In this document: one piece after another, positions 41,698 through 51,604 of the stretch
Layout: every line of letters starts with the position of its first letter
How positions within the stretch are numbered: position 1 is the stretch's first letter
The notes under the pieces: model-generated
Seen by the model: only the letters and a program-made list of their open reading frames with translations
Database searches by the model: none
Told to the model about the DNA's origin: nothing
Made by a program: the position numbers and the translations under genes
Origin: Acidobacteriota bacterium
Lineage (GTDB): Bacteria; Acidobacteriota; Terriglobia; Bryobacterales; Bryobacteraceae
Assembly: GCA_017304135.1 (NCBI GenBank)
Contig: JAFLBB010000007.1
Location: 7,404 to 71,403 of the forward strand
DNA: 64,000 nucleotides
Direction: 5' to 3'

Positions 41698-44600
41698 GTG
41701 GTCGTGAGCCCCCCCTACATCCCGCTCGTCACCACCAGTTGGCACTCCATCCTCGACTCGACCATGTCCCCGCAGGTCATCGCCGCCGCGGCCGAGGCCT
41801 GCGCCATGCCGGCCGTGGGGCTGGCTGACGTCGATTCGCTCTCCGGCATGGTCGCGTTTCACAAAGCCGCGCGGGCCAAGGGCGTCCATCCCGTGGTCGG
41901 CGCGCGCGTGCGCCTCACCGGGTTCGGCGAGGCGCCGATGCGCTGCGCGTTGCTCGTGCAAAACGCCGCCGGCTACCGCAACCTCTGCCGCCTCCTCACG
42001 CGCGGAGCCTCGCGCGACAACATCGCCACGCTCGCCGAAGGGCTCATCTGCCTCTACCTGCCCGGCAACCCGGCCTCGCAAACCGTGCTCAGCTCCGTGC
42101 GCGAGCTGTTCGAGCGCAGCTTCGCCCTCGCCCTCTCGGTGCACACCGAGGAGGCGCGGCGCTCGGCGAAATCGTACATCGAGGCTGGCCGGCGCATGAT
42201 GGCCCCGCTGGTCACCGTGGCCGAGTCGCACTACCTCACGCCCGAAGACCGCGAACTCTACGACGTGCTCGCCTCCATGCGCACGCTGACGATGCTGAAG
42301 CAACAGCATCCGGACAAGCTCCCCGCCTCGGGCGCGTTTCACTTTCACACGCAGCAGGAGATGCAGCGCGCCTTCGCCCACCTGCCGCAGGCGCTCGCCA
42401 ACACCGAACGCATCGCCGAGCGCTGCCAGTTTGAACCGCCGCTGGGCGACCTCCACTTCCCCGACTTCCCCGCCCCGGCCGGCGCCGACCACATGCTCAT
42501 GCTGCGCCAGTTGTGCGAGGCGGGCATGGCTCGCCGCTACGGCACGCCGAAGCGCGAGGCATGGGAGCGGCTGGAGCGCGAGTTGAAAACGATCGCCGAA
42601 ACCGGCTACCAGGATTACTTCCTCATCTTTTCCGACATCGTGCGCTGGGCCAACGAACACGGCATCGAAACGCTGGCCCGCGGCAGCGCCGCCGGCAGCC
42701 TCGTCTGCTACGCGCTCGGCATCTCCAACGTCTGCCCGTTCCGCTTCGGCCTCTGCTTTGAGCGCTTCCTGAACAAGGAGCGCATGTCGTTCGCCAAGCT
42801 CGCCGACATCGATCTCGACCTGCCGTGGGACAAGCGCGACGAAGTGGTCGCCTATGCCTTCGACAAATACGGCGGCGGCAAAACCCACCCGCTCGGTGGC
42901 CGCGTAGCCATGATCGGCGCGCTGAACACCTTCCAGGGCCGCTCGGCCGTCGCCGACATCGCCAAGGTGTATGGCGTCCCCGAACGCGAGGTGCGGCGCT
43001 TCACCGAATACCTGCCCTCGTTCGTTGGCGATCCGCTGGCCGTACTCGACCGCATTCCCGAATGCAGGGACCTGCCCGTGACGCAGGAGCCCTATGCGTC
43101 GGCCCTCAAAATGGCCTGGCGCGTCGATGGCGTGCCGCGCCACCGCATGATGCACCCCTGCGGTCTCGTAATTTCGCACACGCCCGTCGAAGATCGCATG
43201 CCGCTCTTCCTGAGCGCCAAGGGCCTGCCCACCACGCAGTATGCAATGGACGACGTCGAAGAGCTCGGACTGCTGAAGATGGACCTGCTCGGCCAGGCGG
43301 GCCTCTCCGTGCTGCGCGACGCTGTGGCCAACGTGCGCTCGAGCCGCGGCGTCGAGGTGAAGGTGGAAGACGCCGATTGGGAGGACGGCGAAACCTGGGA
43401 GGCCATTGCCACGGGCAACGCGCGCGGCGTGTTTCACATTGAGTCGCCGGCAATGACCGGCTTGTTAGTCATGAGTAACTGCCGCGATATTGATTGCCTG
43501 ACGGCGGTCGAGTCCATCATCCGCCCTGGCGCGGCCAACGAGGGCAAGAAGCGCGCCTTTGCGCGGCGGCATCAGGGCCTGGAGCCGGTGGACTATGCGC
43601 ATCCGTCGCTCGAACCGCTGCTCGCCGACACCTACGGCCTGATGGCTTACGAGGAGCACATTCTGCTCGTGGCCAATGGCTTCGCCGGTGTGCCCTGGGG
43701 CCGCGCGGATCTGCTGCGGCGCGCGCTCGTGAAGAACAAAGACAAGTCGAAGATCGCCGAATATGGGGCCGAGTTCCGCGCCTGCGCCGCACGCATGGGC
43801 CGCAAACCGGAGGAGATCGAGGCCGTGTGGAAGTTACTCGAAGACTTTGCCGGGTATATGTTCAACAAGGCCCATTCGGCGGCTTATGCCGTGGAGGCGT
43901 TCCAAGGGGCCTGGATGAAGACGCGCTACCCGGTGGAGTTTCTCGCTTCCGTGTTATCGAACCGGCGCGGCTTTTACTCACCCATCTTGTATGCCCTGGA
44001 AACCCTGCGCTGCGGCGGCCGGTTCACCGTGCCGGACGTGCACCTCTCCGGCGAGCGCTGCGTGGTGGCCGGCGGCGCCGTCCGTCTGCCCCTGAGTTTC
44101 GTGAAGGGCCTGCGCGAGGAGACGGTCGAGCGGATTCACGAACGGCGGCCGTTTGAGGACGTGGGCGATTTCTTCCGCCGCGTTGAGCCCACGCGCGCCG
44201 AGTGGGTGGCGCTGCTCAAGGTGGGGGCGATGGGGGCGTTTGAGGAGCCGAGGGCGCGGCTGTTCTGGCGGCTGGCGCGGCTGGAGGCGGTGCACGCGCG
44301 CGCACGCGTGAGCCGGCACGAGGGGCTGCTGCTGAATCCCGAAGAGGCGGCCGAGGAAGCAGCCGGCGTGCGCGAGCACTTAGACGAGATGAGTAACTCG
44401 CCCAACCCGTCCTGGGAGCATGAGTTACTCGGATTTCCGGTAAGCGTGCATCCGCTCGATTACTACGGCCCGGGCGTCGACTGGGCGCGCTATGTTCCGG
44501 CGGCCGAAGCGCAGCGGCGCCTGGATGAGGAGATCGAGGTCTGCGGCCTGATCGTGTGCGACCGCCATCACACCACCGAGCGCGGCCCGATGAAGTTCCT

Positions 44601-44799
44601 CACCCTGGCTGACCGCTCGGGCTTTGTCGAGGTGGCCCTGTTTTCCGACGCCTACCGCCGCTTCGGCCACGCCACCACGCAACCCGTCGTGGCCGTGCGC
44701 GGCCTCGTCGACCCCTTCGACAATCGCAAAGGCGGCGTGATCAACGGCGCCATCGTGCGCGCTCCGGCCAAGGTACGGGCGCTGGGACGGGCCGGCTAA
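41698..44799 (+). CDS. dnaE2: error-prone DNA polymerase (DnaE2-type DNA polymerase III alpha subunit)
   Basis: 1033 aa, which is DnaE2 length (DnaE1 is over 1150 aa). N-terminal PHP domain (YIPLVTTSWHSILDS…) and polymerase core motifs (HPCGLVIS; NKAHSAAYA). GTG start; an in-frame TGA lies 12 nt upstream. Confidence 0.8.
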   Translation: MVVSPPYIPLVTTSWHSILDSTMSPQVIAAAAEACAMPAVGLADVDSLSGMVAFHKAARAKGVHPVVGARVRLTGFGEAPMRCALLVQNAAGYRNLCRLLTRGASRDNIATLAEGLICLYLPGNPASQTVLSSVRELFERSFALALSVHTEEARRSAKSYIEAGRRMMAPLVTVAESHYLTPEDRELYDVLASMRTLTMLKQQHPDKLPASGAFHFHTQQEMQRAFAHLPQALANTERIAERCQFEPPLGDLHFPDFPAPAGADHMLMLRQLCEAGMARRYGTPKREAWERLERELKTIAETGYQDYFLIFSDIVRWANEHGIETLARGSAAGSLVCYALGISNVCPFRFGLCFERFLNKERMSFAKLADIDLDLPWDKRDEVVAYAFDKYGGGKTHPLGGRVAMIGALNTFQGRSAVADIAKVYGVPEREVRRFTEYLPSFVGDPLAVLDRIPECRDLPVTQEPYASALKMAWRVDGVPRHRMMHPCGLVISHTPVEDRMPLFLSAKGLPTTQYAMDDVEELGLLKMDLLGQAGLSVLRDAVANVRSSRGVEVKVEDADWEDGETWEAIATGNARGVFHIESPAMTGLLVMSNCRDIDCLTAVESIIRPGAANEGKKRAFARRHQGLEPVDYAHPSLEPLLADTYGLMAYEEHILLVANGFAGVPWGRADLLRRALVKNKDKSKIAEYGAEFRACAARMGRKPEEIEAVWKLLEDFAGYMFNKAHSAAYAVEAFQGAWMKTRYPVEFLASVLSNRRGFYSPILYALETLRCGGRFTVPDVHLSGERCVVAGGAVRLPLSFVKGLREETVERIHERRPFEDVGDFFRRVEPTRAEWVALLKVGAMGAFEEPRARLFWRLARLEAVHARARVSRHEGLLLNPEEAAEEAAGVREHLDEMSNSPNPSWEHELLGFPVSVHPLDYYGPGVDWARYVPAAEAQRRLDEEIEVCGLIVCDRHHTTERGPMKFLTLADRSGFVEVALFSDAYRRFGHATTQPVVAVRGLVDPFDNRKGGVINGAIVRAPAKVRALGRAG

Positions 44800-44838
44800 A
44801 GCCCGTCCCCCGCCCCCCGCTTGCTATACTCGCTGTTC

Positions 44839-45849
44839 ATGCGAGTTGGCATCATCGGCACGGGCGCGATCTCGAACATGCACGCCCGGGCCTACAAGAA
44901 CATCGGCTTTGAAATTGTCTGCTGCACCGACGTCTATGAGCCCGCCGGGCGGGCCTTCGCCGAGCGCAACCACTGCGAATTCCTGCCCTCTTACGAAGAC
45001 GTCTGCCGCCACCCCGGCATTGATTACGTCGACCTCTGCACCTTCCCCGATTTCCGCATGCAGCCGCTGGAAATCTGCGCTTCAGTGAAGCGGCACATTC
45101 AGGTGCAAAAGCCGCTTTCCACCAACCTCGAAACGGCGCGCAAGATGGTCGACACGGCCAAAGCCGCGGGCATCCAGTTGGGCGTCGTCAGCCAGCACCG
45201 CTTCGACGACTCCACACTCTTCCTCGCCAAGGCACTGCAGGACGGCCGGCTGGGCAAGATTCTGCAGGCTGACGCCTATGTGAAGTGGTACCGCTCAGCC
45301 GAGTATTATTCGCGGCCGATCAAGGGCAGTTGGGCCACCGAAGGCGGCGGCGCGCTGATCAACCAGGCCGTGCACCAGGTGGACGTGTTGCTTTACCTCG
45401 TGGGCGCGGTGAAGGAAGTGTTCGGCATGTGGCAGTTAGGGGCGCTGCACAAGATCGAAAGCGAAGACGTGGTGACGGCCATGCTGCGTTATGCCAACGG
45501 CGCGCAGGGCGTGCTGCAGGCCTCGACGGCGTTCTGGCCCGGTTACTCCGAGCGCATCGAAATCCACGGCACCAAGGGCACGGCGGTGATCACGGGCGAC
45601 AAGCTCACGGCCTGGGATGTGAAGGACGACGAGGGCGATCCGGCCCCCGTGGAGTCGCTCGTCATGTCGGGCTCGTCTGACCCGATGGCGATTCCGGTGA
45701 CTCCGCTCGAACGGCAGTTCACGAACTTCGCCGAAGCGATCAGGACGGGCGGCAAACCGCTGGTGTCGGGCGAAGAAGGCTACCGGGCTTTGGAACTGGT
45801 GCTGAGCGTGTATCGCTCGTGCCGGGAGGGTCAGAAGGTCACGCTGTAA
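44839..45849 (+). CDS. Gfo/Idh/MocA family oxidoreductase
   Basis: MRVGIIGTGAISNMHARAY… Rossmann N-terminus. Also …DLCTFPDFR… and …HQVDVLLYLVG…. Confidence 0.8.
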   Translation: MRVGIIGTGAISNMHARAYKNIGFEIVCCTDVYEPAGRAFAERNHCEFLPSYEDVCRHPGIDYVDLCTFPDFRMQPLEICASVKRHIQVQKPLSTNLETARKMVDTAKAAGIQLGVVSQHRFDDSTLFLAKALQDGRLGKILQADAYVKWYRSAEYYSRPIKGSWATEGGGALINQAVHQVDVLLYLVGAVKEVFGMWQLGALHKIESEDVVTAMLRYANGAQGVLQASTAFWPGYSERIEIHGTKGTAVITGDKLTAWDVKDDEGDPAPVESLVMSGSSDPMAIPVTPLERQFTNFAEAIRTGGKPLVSGEEGYRALELVLSVYRSCREGQKVTL

Positions 45850-45872
45850 TGGCCGCGGGGAAGGCGGGGGCG

Positions 45873-46817
45873 ATGGGCGTGGCATGGTCGGTGCGCGTGC
45901 CGGCATCGAGCGCGAACCTGGGACCTGGATTTGACGCGCTGGGCCTGGCGCTGTCGTCCTATCTCACCTGCCGCTTCCGGCGCGCCAATCGCTTGACGAT
46001 CCGCGTCACTGGCCGTGATGCCGGACAGATCTCCACGGGTGAGGACAATTTGATTTGGCAGACGGCGCTCGATGTGGCGCGCGATACCGGAGCCACGCTG
46101 CCGCCGATCGAACTCGAGGTCGACAACGCCATTCCGCTCGGCAAAGGCATGGGATCGAGCGCCGCCGCCCTCACCGCCGGCGTAGTGATTGCGGATCGCC
46201 TGCTCGAACTCGGCTGGCCAGCGCATCTGATCCTGAACGAAGCGGCGCGCATCGAAGGGCATCCCGACAACGTCGCCGCCTGCGTGCTGGGCAGTGTGGT
46301 GGCCAGCGCCATCGATTCCGGCGGCGTGGCGCGCGCCGTCAGACTGGAACTGCCGGAGAACTTCCTGGTTTCCGTTGTCGTGCCCGATTTTCCGCTGCCG
46401 ACGAAGGAAGCTCGGCGGGCGCTGCCGGAAAGCTATTCCAAAGCCGACACCGTCTTCAACGTACAGCGGGCGGCGCTGCTCACAGCGGCGTTGGCCACGG
46501 GCTCGACCAGTGCCTTCCCGGCGGCCTTCGAAGACCGCCTCCACCAACCCTATCGCGAAGCGCTTGTGCCGGGGCTGGCCGACATCCTGAAGCTGCGCGC
46601 TCCGGGGCTGCTTGGCTGCACGCTCAGCGGAGCCGGCCCGAGCGTGCTCGTCTTCTACGAAAAGGGCCACGAGCAGGTGTGCGATCTTGTGCGGCAGATC
46701 TTTGCCCATCACGGGCGGCAGTCCGAGGTGATCCACGCTGGAATCGACCGGCACGGATATACTCTCGTTGAGGATCACGCCCCTTGGCCCACGCCCACCA
46801 CCGCCGCACGTTTCTAG
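45873..46817 (+). CDS. thrB: homoserine kinase
   Basis: VRVPASSANLGPGFDALGLAL (GHMP kinase motif I) and PLGKGMGSSAA (ATP-binding motif II). Start chosen at ATG 45873 with a GGAAGGCGGGGG Shine-Dalgarno. Confidence 0.85.
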   Translation: MGVAWSVRVPASSANLGPGFDALGLALSSYLTCRFRRANRLTIRVTGRDAGQISTGEDNLIWQTALDVARDTGATLPPIELEVDNAIPLGKGMGSSAAALTAGVVIADRLLELGWPAHLILNEAARIEGHPDNVAACVLGSVVASAIDSGGVARAVRLELPENFLVSVVVPDFPLPTKEARRALPESYSKADTVFNVQRAALLTAALATGSTSAFPAAFEDRLHQPYREALVPGLADILKLRAPGLLGCTLSGAGPSVLVFYEKGHEQVCDLVRQIFAHHGRQSEVIHAGIDRHGYTLVEDHAPWPTPTTAARF

Positions 46818-48088
46818 GATCGCTCGCCGCTCCCTTTGCCGCGCCGTTTGCCCAGCCGCTGACAGCGCAGTCCAACGCGCTCGACGCCTACATCCCGCGT
46901 CTTGAAAAGGCGCTCTACGAAAACGCCAATCCGTTCTGGTTCCCGCGCTCGCTTGACCGCGAGCGGGGCGGCTATGCGATCAACCACAACGCGCAGGGGC
47001 TCCCCAACGGACGGTCGACGAAGATGATCGTGACGCAGGCGCGCATGGTCTGGTATTTCTCGCGGATGGTGCGGGCCGGCATGACCAGGCCCGCCACAAA
47101 GGCGCAGTTCACCGAAGCCGCAGAACACGGGCTGCGGTTCCTGCGCACGAAGATGTGGGACCAGAAGCACGGCGGCTACTACTGGGAGGTGGAGCGCGAC
47201 GGCGCGCCGCGGCGCGACCAGAAGCACCTCTACGGGCAGTCGTTCGCGCTGTATGCGCTGAGCGAGATGGCCATCGCGCTGCGCAGCCGCGAGGCGCTGG
47301 CGGCGGCCACCGAGTTGTTCCACCTGCTCGAAAAACACTCGCACGATGCCCAAAACGGCGGTTACGTGGAATGTTTCGAGGCCGACTGGTCAGAGACACC
47401 GGAGGCCAAGCCGGGCCCCATGGGTCCATCGCGCCTGAAGCTGATGAACACGCACCTCCACCTGATGGAGGCCATGACCACCTTCTACCAGGCGTCGATG
47501 CTGCCCATGGCCCGCGAACGGCTGCTCGAGCTCATGACCATTGAGTCAAACACCGTGGTCCGCAAGGACATCGCCGCCTGCGCCGACAAGTACACACGCG
47601 ATTGGAGGCGCCTCACCGAAGGCGACTACGCGCGCGTGAGCTACGGTCACGATCTCGAAAATGTCTGGCTCCTCATGGAGGCGGCCAAAGCGGCCGGCGT
47701 GTCCGATGCGCCTCTGTATGACCTGTACAGAGTGAACTGGGCCTACTGCCTGAAGCATGGCTGGGACGCGGCGCACGGGGCGTTTTGCGATAGCGGGCTG
47801 CCCGGCCGGACGGCCGACCGCCGCCAAAAGGTCTGGTGGGTACAGGCCGAGGTGCTCGTCTCGGCGCTCAAGATGTACCGGCTCACAGGCGAGGCGGTGT
47901 ACCGCGAAGTCTTCGAGAGGACCTGGGCATTTGTCGAATCGAAGCTGATCGATTGGAAGACTGGCGAGTGGCACTCCGAGGTCACCGCCGAAGGCCAGCC
48001 GCGCGGCGAAAAGGCGCAAATGTGGAAGGCCGGCTACCACAACGGCCGGGCGCTGGTGGAGTGCCTGGCCGAGTTGCGGCGGGCCTAA
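46784..48088 (+). CDS. N-acyl-D-glucosamine 2-epimerase (AGE) superfamily protein with Tat-like N-terminus
   Basis: HRRTFLGSLAAPFA Tat-like motif. (α/α)6-barrel repeats typical of AGE/cellobiose-2-epimerase/YihS proteins (…LYGQSFALYALSE…; …VWWVQAEVLVSALKMYRLTGE…; …AGYHNGRALVE…). Overlaps the thrB end by 34 nt. Confidence 0.65.
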   Translation: MAHAHHRRTFLGSLAAPFAAPFAQPLTAQSNALDAYIPRLEKALYENANPFWFPRSLDRERGGYAINHNAQGLPNGRSTKMIVTQARMVWYFSRMVRAGMTRPATKAQFTEAAEHGLRFLRTKMWDQKHGGYYWEVERDGAPRRDQKHLYGQSFALYALSEMAIALRSREALAAATELFHLLEKHSHDAQNGGYVECFEADWSETPEAKPGPMGPSRLKLMNTHLHLMEAMTTFYQASMLPMARERLLELMTIESNTVVRKDIAACADKYTRDWRRLTEGDYARVSYGHDLENVWLLMEAAKAAGVSDAPLYDLYRVNWAYCLKHGWDAAHGAFCDSGLPGRTADRRQKVWWVQAEVLVSALKMYRLTGEAVYREVFERTWAFVESKLIDWKTGEWHSEVTAEGQPRGEKAQMWKAGYHNGRALVECLAELRRA

Positions 48089-48119
48089 CGCGGCGGGCCC
48101 GAGCCGCGGCGCGTCCACC

Positions 48120-49037
48120 CTACTGCATGAAGGTCTCGAAGAACTTGCGCATCTGCAGGTAGGCCGGACCGAGCGTCACCAGCAGCACCGAGGGGAAGAT
48201 CAGGAAGAAGACCGGCAGCACGAGCTTGACGGTCAGCTTGCGCGCCTTCTCCTGGGCTGCGAAACGCATGTGCGTGCGCAGGTATTTCGAGTGCGTGCGC
48301 AGCGCCGGGCCGAGGCTGGTGCCGAAACGTTCGCCATCGATCAGCAGCGCCGCCAGCTTGGCCAGCTCCGATTCGCCGCTGCGCTGGGCCAGGTGTTCCA
48401 GTGCCTCGTAACGCGATTTTCCGGCGCGCATCTCCAGGTGGCAGAAGAGAAACTCGGCGCACAGGTCAGGGTAGACGCGGCGCAGGCTGCGGGCTGTATC
48501 GAGCATGGCCGAATCGAGCGACTGGCCGGCCTCAATGGCCAGCGTGAGCAGGTCCAGCGCCGGAGCCACGGCGGTGCGGACGCGGGCAGCACGGGCCCTC
48601 ACTAGGAACTCCACCCCGCGCGGCGGCAGCAGGAAACCAAACCCCGCGCCGCACACGGCGGCCAGCAAAGCGTTCGCGGCGCCCCCGCTCACCAGTCCCC
48701 CGGCCCACAGCCCGGCAAAGGCAAGCATGCCGGCGCTGGCGATGCGAAGCCCGGAGAACACGGCGAGCGCCGACGGGTCGCGATAGCCGGCGCGAAAGAG
48801 TTTCTTGCGCAGACGGTCACCTTCGTTGCCCCGGGCCGGCATCAGCGCGCCAAGCGTGCCCAGGAGCGCGGCAAGCGCCGAGCCGGCGGCAAGGGCAGGT
48901 TCGGGATCGCCGATCAGCCTCTCGCGCTCAGGCGGCGCGCCGGCCGTGGCGTCGGCCGTGCGCAGACGCAACACCAGGTAGCCGCCGCCGGTGACGGCAA
49001 GCAGGACGAAGGCGAAGAAGGCGGCAATGATCAACAT
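48120..49037 (-). CDS. type II secretion system F-family protein (TadC-like)
   Basis: 305 aa. N-terminal TM helix, cytoplasmic GspF-like domain, C-terminal TM helices. Tandem with a paralog. Confidence 0.7.
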   Translation of the reverse strand: MLIIAAFFAFVLLAVTGGGYLVLRLRTADATAGAPPERERLIGDPEPALAAGSALAALLGTLGALMPARGNEGDRLRKKLFRAGYRDPSALAVFSGLRIASAGMLAFAGLWAGGLVSGGAANALLAAVCGAGFGFLLPPRGVEFLVRARAARVRTAVAPALDLLTLAIEAGQSLDSAMLDTARSLRRVYPDLCAEFLFCHLEMRAGKSRYEALEHLAQRSGESELAKLAALLIDGERFGTSLGPALRTHSKYLRTHMRFAAQEKARKLTVKLVLPVFFLIFPSVLLVTLGPAYLQMRKFFETFMQ

Positions 49038-49044
49038 GGGGGCC

Positions 49045-50022
49045 TCAAATGCGAATGTCCACCAGTTTGCTGATCACCAGGTGAGCCAGCACCAGGCAAA
49101 CGACCGCGGCAAAGATCAGGTCCTTCCCGATCGGGTGGAACCACAACGTCAGCATGTGCGAGGGATTCACCCACATCATCATGCCGGCGATACCCACCGG
49201 CAGGAAGGTCAGGATCGCCCCCGTCATCCGCCCGTGCGCGGCAATCGACCGGATCTCGCTTTTCAGCGCGTAGGACTCGCGCATCGTCTCGGCCAGCCGC
49301 GACAGCACCTCATGCAGACGCCCACCCGTCCGGCTCTGCAACTGAATCGCAGCGGCAAAGAGGTGAATCTCAGCCACCGGCACGCGTGAGGCGAAGTTCT
49401 CCATCACCTGGTCGAGCGACAGCCCAAGGGCACGTTCATCGGCCACTTTGCGCATCTCCTGCGACAACGGCGCTTTGCACTCCCGGGCCAGCATCTCCAA
49501 CCCCGTCGCAATCGGATTTCCCGCCCTCAGCGAACGCGCCAGGGACTCAAGCGCTTCTGGAAATTGTTCTTCGATCTTATTGAGACGAAGCCTCCTACGC
49601 CTCATGATCATGAGGTAGGGCGCAGCTCCCGCCGCGAGGCCGCCTACGAGGGTCACGTAGCCGGGGATAAAGGTGAACGTTGCCAGGAACGCCCAAAACG
49701 AGGCCGCCGCCAGGAGCATCATGGCCGTTGTCCGGCCCACGCTCCAACGCATGCCGGCTTCGGCGATATGGGCCTGCAGGTTCTGGGTAGCGTTGATGCG
49801 CTCCAGCAGGCCACCCCAGAAGCCGATCGTACTCAACGCTTCATCACGCAGCAGGTTGGAGTCAAGCGCGGGCGACCATTCCACGTGCTCGCCCCCGGGG
49901 GCATCAAGGTCAGGCTGGGACGCGCTCCGTGGCGGCTCCACCATCGGCCTGGCGGCAGCCACGGCGACGATAACCGCCAGAAAGGTTCCGGCGAAGACAG
50001 CGGTGAGAATCAGGGGCAGCAT
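49045..50022 (-). CDS. type II secretion system F-family protein (TadB-like)
   Basis: 325 aa, same architecture as above. The paralogous pair is typical of tadB/tadC. Confidence 0.7.
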   Translation of the reverse strand: MLPLILTAVFAGTFLAVIVAVAAARPMVEPPRSASQPDLDAPGGEHVEWSPALDSNLLRDEALSTIGFWGGLLERINATQNLQAHIAEAGMRWSVGRTTAMMLLAAASFWAFLATFTFIPGYVTLVGGLAAGAAPYLMIMRRRRLRLNKIEEQFPEALESLARSLRAGNPIATGLEMLARECKAPLSQEMRKVADERALGLSLDQVMENFASRVPVAEIHLFAAAIQLQSRTGGRLHEVLSRLAETMRESYALKSEIRSIAAHGRMTGAILTFLPVGIAGMMMWVNPSHMLTLWFHPIGKDLIFAAVVCLVLAHLVISKLVDIRI

Positions 50023-50037
50023 GGCGGGCCTCCAGAA

Positions 50038-51351
50038 CTAGCGGATGGCCGCCGTGCGCAGCGGTTCGGTGACGGCTGGCGTCACCACCACCATCAGGCG
50101 GCGGCCCGCGGCCTGGCCCTTGTGCGAAAACAGGCGCTCCATCACCGCGGGTACCTCTCGTTCCTCGGCGAGTCCCCCGACGAGAATACTCTGCCCGTTA
50201 GCCAGTTCCACGTCAGCCTCGACGCGGCGGATGGCGGTGCCTTCGCCTTTTGGCCAGGCCAACTCGGGGCGCACATGGAGTTTCAGCCCCCCATTCGAAG
50301 TGAGCGTCGGCCGCAATTGCATGCGCAGGGCGTACCCGGCGTGGCGGCCCGAGTCGAGCATCACATCGCGCTCGTGGCCGGCCGTCAAGCGGCTGCTAGA
50401 AACTACTTGAAGTTTATTGCCTTTTTCTAGCATTCCAAAGGCTGTTTCCCAACCTGATCCAGGCGGAAGAATGGCGATCCGGGGAGAATCGCCGGAGAGC
50501 TTCGCGAGCAGGCCCGGATCGAGCCGGCTGAGCGCTTCCTCACCTGCCCCCACGACGCGAATCAGGAAGCTCACCTGCCCCTGGCTGCGAACTGGCAGCG
50601 GCTCTGAAGTGACCTGCGACAGCGAGATGGCGACAGGGCGCCGCGCCGGGGAGCGGCCCGTCATCACGCCGGACAGCGAAGCGGGAGAAAGCGGCGAAGA
50701 GTCTGCATCGAGAGGGTTTCGTAGCGTCAGCCGGACGCGCGCGCCGGAATCGACCGCGGCCACGCGGTCAGCGTCGGCGGGGCGAATGAGCAGGGTCACC
50801 ACCGGAAGCGTCGAGCGTCCCGGCGTAGGTTCAGGCTTGGCATCCACGCGCAGCACCTCGACGTTTTCCAGTATCGTCCGCACATCCACTTCGGCCTGGT
50901 TGCCGCGGATGTGGACGGCTTGCACATCCACCTTATGTCCTCGTTGCAATATTCCCAGCAAACCTGTTGAATCGCTGACCATTACGGAGATGGCTCGCAT
51001 CCCTTTCGGAATCCCCAGTCCGGCGCCGGCACCGGTGTGGGCGGAAGCCACGCGCGGCTTGGTGACGGCCTCGTTGGCGGCAATCGGCTCCAGTGTGGTC
51101 AGCCCGGCAAGCTCCTGCAAGGTGGCGTGCGCCCCCTCTGGCGCGGCGCCCGACCAGTGGATCACCTTGAGGTCTTCCTCGGTCAAGGTGGCCCCCTTGG
51201 CAATGTTGCGGCTGGCAACCACCACGCTGCGGCCTCCGGAAGCGGGTTCTCCGAGTCTGCCCGCCACCAGCCCGTAGAAAATCGCCGTGGACAAGATGGC
51301 CACCACCACCGCTATGCCGAGTAAGGGAACCAGATTCTTTTTCATCACCAT
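50038..51351 (-). CDS. Flp pilus assembly protein CpaB/RcpC (SAF domain) with a secretin-like C-terminal extension
   Basis: Start ATG 51351 (MVMKKNLVPLLGIAVVVAIL; GGAGA Shine-Dalgarno) with an N-terminal TM helix. SAF/CpaB region (…VVVASRNIAKGATLTEEDL…). The C-terminal ~150 aa end in …NGQSILVGGLAEEREVP…RRLMVVVTP…, resembling the secretin C-domain consensus. Confidence 0.6.
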   Translation of the reverse strand: MVMKKNLVPLLGIAVVVAILSTAIFYGLVAGRLGEPASGGRSVVVASRNIAKGATLTEEDLKVIHWSGAAPEGAHATLQELAGLTTLEPIAANEAVTKPRVASAHTGAGAGLGIPKGMRAISVMVSDSTGLLGILQRGHKVDVQAVHIRGNQAEVDVRTILENVEVLRVDAKPEPTPGRSTLPVVTLLIRPADADRVAAVDSGARVRLTLRNPLDADSSPLSPASLSGVMTGRSPARRPVAISLSQVTSEPLPVRSQGQVSFLIRVVGAGEEALSRLDPGLLAKLSGDSPRIAILPPGSGWETAFGMLEKGNKLQVVSSSRLTAGHERDVMLDSGRHAGYALRMQLRPTLTSNGGLKLHVRPELAWPKGEGTAIRRVEADVELANGQSILVGGLAEEREVPAVMERLFSHKGQAAGRRLMVVVTPAVTEPLRTAAIR

Positions 51352-51604
51352 ATGCCGTCTCCAGCCGGCGGATCGCCCCGGGATTCCGGCACACTCCCGG
51401 TGTGCGGAGGGCTTTGGCCCCAGGGTAAGCCTCTTGCCAATATCGGCAGAATCGGGCGAACCCATTAACCGGGCGGGGAAATGGCCGTGGGCGCGGGCGA
51501 TGCAGTCGCGCAGCCCAGGCGCGCCAGAGGTTCGCGCGCACGTGACGGGACACAAGAGGGAAGGGGCGGGCGCGACGGGCAGTCCGCCCCATTTGGACCT
51601 TCGG

